Below are positions 49,801-61,800 of a DNA stretch of 64,000 bases, in pieces. Each line of letters begins with the position of its first letter. Position 1 is the stretch's first letter. The DNA is from the human T2T-CHM13v2.0 reference genome, Homo sapiens, in the NCBI RefSeq assembly GCF_009914755.1, contig NC_060936.1, one strand, 5' to 3'. The notes under the pieces are model-generated. The model did no database searches. It was not told where the DNA came from and saw only the letters and a program-made list of their open reading frames with translations. A program made the translations under genes and the position numbers.

Positions 49801-52800
49801 GTAGTTTCTGAGAATGATTCTGTCTAGTTTTTATACGAAGATATTTCCTTTTCTACATTTGGCCTAAAAGCGCTTGAAATCTCCACCTGCAAATATCACA
49901 AAAAGAGGGTTTCACATCTGCTCTGTCTAAAGGACAGTTCACCTCTGTGAGTTGAATAGAGGCAACACAAAGAACTTACCCAGTATTCTTCTTTCTAGCG
50001 TTCTCTGAAGAAATCCCGTTTCCAACGAAGGCCTCAAAGAGTTCCAAATATCTGCTTGCAGACTTTACAGACAGAGTGTTTCCAAACTACTCTATGAAAA
50101 GAAAGCTTAAACTCCTTGAGTTGAACGCACACATCACAAAGTAGTTTCTGAGAATGATTCTGTCTAGTTTTTATACGAAGATGTTTCCTTTTCTACATTT
50201 GGTCTCAAAGCGATTGAAATCTCCAACTGGAAACTGCACAAATAGGCTGTTTCAAATCTGCTCTGTCTAAAGGAAGGTTCAACTCTGTGAGTTGAATACA
50301 CACACCACAAATAAGTTACTGAGAATTCTTCTGTCGAACATTACAGGAAGAAATCCCGTTTCCAACGAAGGCCTCAAAGAGGTCCAAATATCCACTTGCA
50401 GACATTACAAACAGTGTGTTTCCCACCTGCTCCATCAAAAGAAAGGTTAAACTCTGTGAGCTGAACACACACATCAAAAAGAAGTTTCTGTGAATGATTC
50501 TGTCTAGATTTTATAAGAAGATGTTTCCTTTTCTACCGTAGGCCTCAAAGCGCTTGAAATCTCCAGCTGCAAATTCCACAAAAAGGGTGTTTAACATCTG
50601 CTCTTCTAAAGGAAAGTTCAACTCTATGAGTTGAATACACACAGCACAAAGAAGTTACTGAGACTTCTCCTATCAAACATTATATGAAGAAATCCCGTTT
50701 CCAACGAAGGCCTCAAAGAGGTCCAAATATCTGCTTGCAGACTTTACAGACAGAGTGTTTCCAAACTGCTCCATCAAAAGAAAGGTTAAACTCCTTGAGT
50801 TGAACACACACATCACAAAGTAGTTTCTGTGAATGATTCTGTCTAGTTTTTATACGAAGATGTTTCCTTTTCAACCTTTGGTCTCAAAGCGATTGAAATC
50901 TCCACATGGAAACTCCACAAAAAGAGTGTTTCAAATCTGCTCTTTCTGAAGGAAGGTTCAACTCTGTGAGTTGAATACACACACCACAAATAAGTTACTG
51001 AGAATTCTTCTGTGTAACATTATATGAGGAAATCCCGTTTCCAACGAAGGCCTTAAAGAGGTCCAAATATCCACTTGCAGACTTTACAAAGACAGTGTCT
51101 CCAAACTCCTCCATCAAAAGAAAGGTTATACTCTGTGAATTGAACGCACACATCACAAAGTAGTTTCTGAGAATGATTCTGTCTAGTTTTTATACGAAGA
51201 TATTTCCTTTTCTACATTTGGCCTAAAAGCGCTTGAAATCTCCACCTGCAAATATCACAAAAAGAGGGTTTCACATCTGCTCTGTCTAAAGGACAGTTCA
51301 CCTCTGTGAGTTGAATAGAGGCAACACAAAGAACTTACTCAGTATTCTTCTTTCTAGCATTCTATGAAGAAATCCCGTTTCCAACGAAGGCCCCTAAGAG
51401 GTCCAAATATCTGCTTGCAGACTTTACAGACAGAGTTTTTCCAAACTGCTCCATCAAAAGAAAGGTTAAACTCCTTGAGTTGAACACACACATCACAAAG
51501 TAGTTTCTGTGAATGATTCTGTCTAGTTTTTATAAGAAGATGTTTCCTTTTCTACCTTTGGTCTCAAAGCGATTGAAATCTCCACATGGAAACTCCTCAA
51601 AAAGAGTGTTTCAAATCTGCTCTTTCTGAAGGAAGGTTCAACTCTGTGAGTTGAATACACACACCACAAATAAGTTACTGAGAATTCTTCTGTGTAACAT
51701 TATATGAGGAAATCCCGTTTCCAACGAAGGCCTCAAAGAGGTCCAAATATCCACTTGCAGACTTTACAAAGACAGTGTCTCCAAACTCCTCCATCAAAAG
51801 AAAGGTTATACTCTGTGAATTGAACGCACACATCACAAAGTAGTTTCTGAGAATGATTCTGTCTAGTTTTTATACGAAGATATTTCCTTTTCTACATTTG
51901 GCCTAAAAGCGCTTGAAATCTCCACCTGCAAATATCACAAAAAGAGGGTTTCACATCTGCTCTGTCTAAAGGACAGTTCACCTCTGTGAGTTGAATAGAG
52001 GCAACACAAAGAACTTACTCAGTATTCTTCTTTCTAGCGTTCTATGAAGAAATCCCGTTTCCAACGAAGGCCTCAAAGAGGTCAAATATCTGCTTGCAGA
52101 CTTTACAGACAGAGTGTTTCCAAACTACTCTATGAAAAGAAAGCTTAAACTCCTTGAGTTGAACGCACACATCACAAAGTAGTTTCTGAGAATGATTCTG
52201 TCTAGTTTTTATACGAAGATGTTTCCTTTTCTACATTTGGTCTCAAAGCGATTGAAATCTCCAACTGGAAACTGCACAAATAGGCTGTTTCAAATCTGCT
52301 CTGTCTAAAGGAAGGTTCAGCTCTGTGAGTTGAATACACACACCACAAATAAGTTACTGAGAATTCTTCTGTCGAACATTACAGGAAGAAATCCCGTTTC
52401 CAACGAAGGCCTCAAAGAGGTCCAAATATCCACTTGCAGACATTACAAACAGTGTGTTTCCCAACTGCTCCATCAAAAGAAAGGTTAAACTCTGTGAGCT
52501 GAACACACACATCAAAAAGAAGTTTCTGTGAATGATTCTGTCTAGATTTTATAAGAAGATGTTTCCTTTTCTACCGTAGGCCTCAAAGCGCTTGAAATCT
52601 CCAGCTGCAAATTCCACAAAAAGGGTGTTTAACATCTGCTCTTCTAAAGGAAAGTTCAACTCTATGAGTTGAATACACACAGCACAAAGAAGTTACTGAG
52701 ACTTCTCCTATCAAACATTATATGAAGAAATCCCGTTTCCAACGAAGGCCTCAAAGAGGTCCAAATATCTGCTTGCAGACTTTACAGACAGAGTGTTTCC

Positions 52801-55800
52801 AAACTGCTCCATCAAAAGAAAGGTTAAACTCCTTGAGTTGAACACACACATCACAAAGTAGTTTCTGTGAATGATTCTGTCTAGTTTTTATACGAAGATG
52901 TTTCCTTTTCTACCTTTGGTCTCAAAGCGATTGAAATCTCCACATGGAAACTCCACAAAAAGAGTGTTTCAAATCTGCTCTTTCTGAAGGAAGGTTCAAC
53001 TCTGTGAGTTGAATACACACACCACAAATAAGTTACTGAGAATTCTTCTGTGTAACATTATATGAGGAAATCCCGTTTCCAACGAAGGCCTCAAAGAGGT
53101 CCAAATATCCACTTGCAGACTTTACAAAGACAGTGTCTCCAAACTCCTCCATCAAAAGAAAGGTTATACTCTGTGAATTGAACGCACACATCACAAAGTA
53201 GTTTCTGAGAATGATTCTGTCTAGTTTTTATACGAAGATATTTCCTTTTCTACATTTGGCCTAAAAGCGCTTGAAATCTCCACCTGCAAATATCACAAAA
53301 AGAGGGTTTCACATCTGCTCTGTCTAAAGGACAGTTCACCTCTGTGAGTTGAATAGAGGCAACACAAAGAACTTACTCAGTATTCTTCTTTCTAGCGTTC
53401 TATGAAGAAATCCCGTTTCCAACGAAGGCCTCAAAGAGGTCAAATATCTGCTTGCAGACTTTACAGACAGAGTGTTTCCAAACTACTCTATGAAAAGAAA
53501 GCTTAAACTCCTTGAGTTGAACGCACACATCACAAAGTAGTTTCTGAGAATGATTCTGTCTAGTTTTTATACGAAGATGTTTCCTTTTCTACATTTGGTC
53601 TCAAAGCGATTGAAATCTCCAACTGGAAACTGCACAAATAGGGTGTTTCAAATCTGCTCTGCCTAAAGGAAGGTTCAACTCTGTGAGTTGAATACACACA
53701 CCACAAATAAGTTACTGAGAATTCTTCTGTCGAACATTACTTGAAGAAATCCCGTTTCCAACGAAGGCCTCAAAGAGGTCCAAATATCCACTTGCAGACA
53801 TTACAAACAGAGTGTTTCCAAACTGCTCCATCAAAAGAAAGGTTAAACTCTGTGAGCTGAACACACACATCAAAAAGAAGTTTCTGTGAATGATTCTGTC
53901 TAGATTTTATAAGAAGATGTTTCCTTTTCTACCGTAGGCCTCAAAGCGCTTGAAATCTCCAGCTGCAAATTCCACAAAAAGGGTGTTTAACATCTGCTCT
54001 TCTAAAGGAAAGTTCAACTCTATGAGTTGAATACACACAGCACAAAGAAGTTACTGAGACTTCTCCTATCAAACATTATATGAAGAAATCCCGTTTCCAA
54101 CGAAGGCCTCAAAGAGGTCCAAATATCTGCTTGCAGACTTTACAGACAGAGTGTTTCCAAACTGCTCCATCAAAAGAAAGGTTAAACTCCTTGAGTTGAA
54201 CACACACATCACAAAGTAGTTTCTGTGAATGATTCTGTCTAGTTTTTATACGAAGATGTTTCCTTTTCTACCTTTGGTCTCAAAGCGATTGAAATCTCCA
54301 CATGGAAACTCCACAAAAAGAGTGTTTCAAATCTGCTCTTTCTGAAGGAAGGTTCAACTCTGTGAGTTGAATACACACACCACAAATAAGTTACTGAGAA
54401 TTCTTCTGTGTAACATTATATGAGGAAATCCCGTTTCCAACGAAGGCCTCAAAGAGGTCCAAATATCCACTTGCAGACTTTACAAAGACAGTGTCTCCAA
54501 ACTCCTCCATCAAAAGAAAGGTTATACTCTGTGAATTGAACGCACACATCACAAAGTAGTTTCTGAGAATGATTCTGTCTAGTTTTTATACGAAGATATT
54601 TCCTTTTCTACATTTGGCCTAAAAGCGCTTGAAATCTCCACCTGCAAATATCACAAAAAGAGGGTTTCACATCTGCTCTGTCTAAAGGACAGTTCACCTC
54701 TGTGAGTTGAATAGAGGCAACACAAAGAACTTACCCAGTATTCTTCTTTCTAGCGTTCTCTGAAGAAATCCCGTTTCCAACGAAGGCCTCAAAGAGTTCC
54801 AAATATCTGCTTGCAGACTTTACAGACAGAGTGTTTCCAAACTACTCTATGAAAAGAAAGCTTAAACTCCTTGAGTTGAACGCACACATCACAAAGTAGT
54901 TTCTGAGAATGATTCTGTCTAGTTTTTATACGAAGATGTTTCCTTTTCTACATTTGGTCTCAAAGCGATTGAAATCTCCAACTGGAAACTGCACAAATAG
55001 GCTGTTTCAAATCTGCTCTGTCTAAAGGAAGGTTCAACTCTGTGAGTTGAATACACACACCACAAATAAGTTACTGAGAATTCTTCTGTCGAACATTACA
55101 GGAAGAAATCCCGTTTCCAACGAAGGCCTCAAAGAGGTCCAAATATCCACTTGCAGACATTACAAACAGTGTGTTTCCCACCTGCTCCATCAAAAGAAAG
55201 GTTAAACTCTGTGAGCTGAACACACACATCAAAAAGAAGTTTCTGTGAATGATTCTGTCTAGATTTTATAAGAAGATGTTTCCTTTTCTACCGTAGGCCT
55301 CAAAGCGCTTGAAATCTCCAGCTGCAAATTCCACAAAAAGGGTGTTTAACATCTGCTCTTCTAAAGGAAAGTTCAACTCTATGAGTTGAATACACACAGC
55401 ACAAAGAAGTTACTGAGACTTCTCCTATCAAACATTATATGAAGAAATCCCGTTTCCAACGAAGGCCTCAAAGAGGTCCAAATATCTGCTTGCAGACTTT
55501 ACAGACAGAGTGTTTCCAAACTGCTCCATCAAAAGAAAGGTTAAACTCCTTGAGTTGAACACACACATCACAAAGTAGTTTCTGTGAATGATTCTGTCTA
55601 GTTTTTATACGAAGATGTTTCCTTTTCAACCTTTGGTCTCAAAGCGATTGAAATCTCCACATGGAAACTCCACAAAAAGAGTGTTTCAAATCTGCTCTTT
55701 CTGAAGGAAGGTTCAACTCTGTGAGTTGAATACACACACCACAAATAAGTTACTGAGAATTCTTCTGTGTAACATTATATGAGGAAATCCCGTTTCCAAC

Positions 55801-58800
55801 GAAGGCCTTAAAGAGGTCCAAATATCCACTTGCAGACTTTACAAAGACAGTGTCTCCAAACTCCTCCATCAAAAGAAAGGTTATACTCTGTGAATTGAAC
55901 GCACACATCACAAAGTAGTTTCTGAGAATGATTCTGTCTAGTTTTTATACGAAGATATTTCCTTTTCTACATTTGGCCTAAAAGCGCTTGAAATCTCCAC
56001 CTGCAAATATCACAAAAAGAGGGTTTCACATCTGCTCTGTCTAAAGGACAGTTCACCTCTGTGAGTTGAATAGAGGCAACACAAAGAACTTACTCAGTAT
56101 TCTTCTTTCTAGCATTCTATGAAGAAATCCCGTTTCCAACGAAGGCCCCTAAGAGGTCCAAATATCTGCTTGCAGACTTTACAGACAGAGTTTTTCCAAA
56201 CTGCTCCATCAAAAGAAAGGTTAAACTCCTTGAGTTGAACACACACATCACAAAGTAGTTTCTGTGAATGATTCTGTCTAGTTTTTATAAGAAGATGTTT
56301 CCTTTTCTACCTTTGGTCTCAAAGCGATTGAAATCTCCACATGGAAACTCCTCAAAAAGAGTGTTTCAAATCTGCTCTTTCTGAAGGAAGGTTCAACTCT
56401 GTGAGTTGAATACACACACCACAAATAAGTTACTGAGAATTCTTCTGTGTAACATTATATGAGGAAATCCCGTTTCCAACGAAGGCCTCAAAGAGGTCCA
56501 AATATCCACTTGCAGACTTTACAAAGACAGTGTCTCCAAACTCCTCCATCAAAAGAAAGGTTATACTCTGTGAATTGAACGCACACATCACAAAGTAGTT
56601 TCTGAGAATGATTCTGTCTAGTTTTTATACGAAGATATTTCCTTTTCTACATTTGGCCTAAAAGCGCTTGAAATCTCCACCTGCAAATATCACAAAAAGA
56701 GGGTTTCACATCTGCTCTGTCTAAAGGACAGTTCACCTCTGTGAGTTGAATAGAGGCAACACAAAGAACTTACTCAGTATTCTTCTTTCTAGCGTTCTAT
56801 GAAGAAATCCCGTTTCCAACGAAGGCCTCAAAGAGGTCAAATATCTGCTTGCAGACTTTACAGACAGAGTGTTTCCAAACTACTCTATGAAAAGAAAGCT
56901 TAAACTCCTTGAGTTGAACGCACACATCACAAAGTAGTTTCTGAGAATGATTCTGTCTAGTTTTTATACGAAGATGTATCCTTTTCTACATTTGGTCTCA
57001 AAGCGATTGAAATCTCCAACTGGAAACTGCACAAATAGGCTGTTTCAAATCTGCTCTGTCTAAAGGAAGGTTCAGCTCTGTGAGTTGAATACACACACCA
57101 CAAATAAGTTACTGAGAATTCTTCTGTCGAACATTACAGGAAGAAATCCCGTTTCCAACGAAGGCCTCAAAGAGGTCCAAATATCCACTTGCAGACATTA
57201 CAAACAGTGTGTTTCCCAACTGCTCCATCAAAAGAAAGGTTAAACTCTGTGAGCTGAACACACACATCAAAAAGAAGTTTCTGTGAATGATTCTGTCTAG
57301 ATTTTATAAGAAGATGTTTCCTTTTCTACCGTAGGCCTCAAAGCGCTTGAAATCTCCAGCTGCAAATTCCACAAAAAGGGTGTTTAACATCTGCTCTTCT
57401 AAAGGAAAGTTCAACTCTATGAGTTGAATACACACAGCACAAAGAAGTTACTGAGACTTCTCCTATCAAACATTATATGAAGAAATCCCGTTTCCAACGA
57501 AGGCCTCAAAGAGGTCCAAATATCTGCTTGCAGACTTTACAGACAGAGTGTTTCCAAACTGCTCCATCAAAAGAAAGGTTAAACTCCTTGAGTTGAACAC
57601 ACACATCACAAAGTAGTTTCTGTGAATGATTCTGTCTAGTTTTTATACGAAGATGTTTCCTTTTCTACCTTTGGTCTCAAAGCGATTGAAATCTCCACAT
57701 GGAAACTCCACAAAAAGAGTGTTTCAAATCTGCTCTTTCTGAAGGAAGGTTCAACTCTGTGAGTTGAATACACACACCACAAATAAGTTACTGAGAATTC
57801 TTCTGTGTAACATTATATGAGGAAATCCCGTTTCCAACGAAGGCCTCAAAGAGGTCCAAATATCCACTTGCAGACTTTACAAAGACAGTGTCTCCAAACT
57901 CCTCCATCAAAAGAAAGGTTATACTCTGTGAATTGAACGCACACATCACAAAGTAGTTTCTGAGAATGATTCTGTCTAGTTTTTATACGAAGATATTTCC
58001 TTTTCTACATTTGGCCTAAAAGCGCTTGAAATCTCCACCTGCAAATATCACAAAAAGAGGGTTTCACATCTGCTCTGTCTAAAGGACAGTTCACCTCTGT
58101 GAGTTGAATAGAGGCAACACAAAGAACTTACTCAGTATTCTTCTTTCTAGCGTTCTATGAAGAAATCCCGTTTCCAACGAAGGCCTCAAAGAGGTCAAAT
58201 ATCTGCTTGCAGACTTTACAGACAGAGTGTTTCCAAACTACTCTATGAAAAGAAAGCTTAAACTCCTTGAGTTGAACGCACACATCACAAAGTAGTTTCT
58301 GAGAATGATTCTGTCTAGTTTTTATACGAAGATGTTTCCTTTTCTACATTTGGTCTCAAAGCGATTGAAATCTCCAACTGGAAACTGCACAAATAGGGTG
58401 TTTCAAATCTGCTCTGCCTAAAGGAAGGTTCAACTCTGTGAGTTGAATACACACACCACAAATAAGTTACTGAGAATTCTTCTGTCGAACATTACTTGAA
58501 GAAATCCCGTTTCCAACGAAGGCCTCAAAGAGGTCCAAATATCCACTTGCAGACATTACAAACAGAGTGTTTCCAAACTGCTCCATCAAAAGAAAGGTTA
58601 AACTCTGTGAGCTGAACACACACATCAAAAAGAAGTTTCTGTGAATGATTCTGTCTAGATTTTATAAGAAGATGTTTCCTTTTCTACCGTAGGCCTCAAA
58701 GCGCTTGAAATCTCCAGCTGCAAATTCCACAAAAAGGGTGTTTAACATCTGCTCTTCTAAAGGAAAGTTCAACTCTATGAGTTGAATACACACAGCACAA

Positions 58801-61800
58801 AGAAGTTACTGAGACTTCTCCTATCAAACATTATATGAAGAAATCCCGTTTCCAACGAAGGCCTCAAAGAGGTCCAAATATCTGCTTGCAGACTTTACAG
58901 ACAGAGTGTTTCCAAACTGCTCCATCAAAAGAAAGGTTAAACTCCTTGAGTTGAACACACACATCACAAAGTAGTTTCTGTGAATGATTCTGTCTAGTTT
59001 TTATACGAAGATGTTTCCTTTTCTACCTTTGGTCTCAAAGCGATTGAAATCTCCACATGGAAACTCCACAAAAAGAGTGTTTCAAATCTGCTCTTTCTGA
59101 AGGAAGGTTCAACTCTGTGAGTTGAATACACACACCACAAATAAGTTACTGAGAATTCTTCTGTGTAACATTATATGAGGAAATCCCGTTTCCAACGAAG
59201 GCCTCAAAGAGGTCCAAATATCCACTTGCAGACTTTACAAAGACAGTGTCTCCAAACTCCTCCATCAAAAGAAAGGTTATACTCTGTGAATTGAACGCAC
59301 ACATCACAAAGTAGTTTCTGAGAATGATTCTGTCTAGTTTTTATACGAAGATATTTCCTTTTCTACATTTGGCCTAAAAGCGCTTGAAATCTCCACCTGC
59401 AAATATCACAAAAAGAGGGTTTCACATCTGCTCTGTCTAAAGGACAGTTCACCTCTGTGAGTTGAATAGAGGCAACACAAAGAACTTACTCAGTATTCTT
59501 CTTTCTAGCGTTCTATGAAGAAATCCCGTTTCCAACGAAGGCCTCAAAGAGGTCAAATATCTGCTTGCAGACTTTACAGACAGAGTGTTTCCAAACTACT
59601 CTATGAAAAGAAAGCTTAAACTCCTTGAGTTGAACGCACACATCACAAAGTAGTTTCTGAGAATGATTCTGTCTAGTTTTTATACGAAGATGTTTCCTTT
59701 TCTACATTTGGTCTCAAAGCGATTGAAATCTCCAACTGGAAACTGCACAAATAGGCTGTTTCAAATCTGCTCTGTCTAAAGGAAGGTTCAGCTCTGTGTG
59801 TTGAATACACACACCACAAATAAGTTACTGAGAATTCTTCTGTCGAACATTACTTGAAGAAATCCCGTTTCCAACGAAGGCCTCAAAGAGGTCCAAATAT
59901 CCACTTGCGGACATTACAAACAGTGTGTTTCCCAACTGCTCCATCAAAAGAAAGGTTAAACTCTGTGAGCTGAACACACACATCAAAAAGAAGTTTCTGT
60001 GAATGATTCTGTCTAGATTTTATAAGAAGATGTTTCCTTTTCTACCGTAGGCCTCAAAGCGCTTGAAATCTCCAGCTGCAAATTCCACAAAAAGGGTGTT
60101 TAACATCTGCTCTTCTAAAGGAAAGTTCAACTCTATGAGTTGAATACACACAGCACAAAGAAGTTACTGAGACTTCTCCTATCAAACATTATATGAAGAA
60201 ATCCCGTTTCCAACGAAGGCCTCAAAGAGGTCCAAATGTCTGCTTGCAGACTTTACAGACAGAGTGTTTCCAAACTGCTCCATCAAAAGAAAGGTTAAAC
60301 TCCTTGAGTTGAACACACACATCACAAAGTAGTTTCTGTGAATGATTCTGTCTAGTTTTTATACGAAGATGTTTCCTTTTCTACCTTTGGTCTCAAAGCG
60401 ATTGAAATCTCCACATGGAAACTCCACAAAAAGAGTGTTTCAAATCTGCTCTTTCTGAAGGAAGGTTCAACTCTGTGAGTTGAATACACACACCACAAAT
60501 AAGTTACTGAGAATTCTTCTGTGTAACATTATATGAGGAAATCCCGTTTCCAACGAAGGCCTCAAAGAGGTCCAAATATCCACTTGCAGACTTTACAAAG
60601 ACAGTGTCTCCAAACTCCTCCATCAAAAGAAAGGTTATACTCTGTGAATTGAACGCACACATCACAAAGTAGTTTCTGAGAATGATTCTGTCTAGTTTTT
60701 ATACGAAGATATTTCCTTTTCTACATTTGGCCTAAAAGCGCTTGAAATCTCCACCTGCAAATATCACAAAAAGAGGGTTTCACATCTGCTCTGTCTAAAG
60801 GACAGTTCACCTCTGTGAGTTGAATAGAGGCAACACAAAGAACTTACTCAGTATTCTTCTTTCTAGCGTTCTATGAAGAAATCCCGTTTCCAACGAAGGC
60901 CTCAAAGAGGTCAAATATCTGCTTGCAGACTTTACAGACAGAGTGTTTCCAAACTACTCTATGAAAAGAAAGCTTAAACTCCTTGAGTTGAACGCACACA
61001 TCACAAAGTAGTTTCTGAGAATGATTCTGTCTAGTTTTTATACGAAGATGTTTCCTTTTCTACATTTGGTCTCAAAGCTCTTGAAATCTCCAACTGGAAA
61101 CTGCACAAATAGGCTGTTTCAAATCTGCTCTGTCTAAAGGAAGGTTCAACTCTGTGAGTTGAATACACACACCACAAATAAGTTACTGAGAATTCTTCTG
61201 TCGAACATTACTTGAAGAAATCCCGTTTCCAACGAAGGCCTCAAAGAGGTCCAAATATCCACTTGCAGACGTTACAAACAGAGTGTTTCCAAACTGCTCC
61301 ATCAAAAGAAAGGTTAAACTCTGTGAGCTGAACACACACATCAAAAAGAAGTTTCTGTGAATGATTCTGTCTAGATTTTATAAGAAGATGTTTCCTTTTC
61401 TACCGTAGGCCTCAAAGCGCTTGAAATCTCCAGCTGCAAATTCCACAAAAAGGGTGTTTAACATCTGCTCTTCTAAAGGAAAGTTCAACTCTATGAGTTG
61501 AATACACACAGCACAAAGAAGTTACTGAGACTTCTCCTATCAAACATTATATGAAGAAATCCCGTTTCCAACGAAGGCCTCAAAGAGGTCCAAATATCTG
61601 CTTGCAGACTTTACAGACAGAGTGTTTCCAAACTGCTCCATCAAAAGAAAGGTTAAACTCCTTGAGTTGAACACACACATCACAAAGTAGTTTCTGTGAA
61701 TGATTCTGTCTAGTTTTTATACGAAGATGTTTCCTTTTCTACCTTTGGTCTCAAAGCGATTGAAATCTCCACATGGAAACTCCACAAAAAGAGTGTTTCA

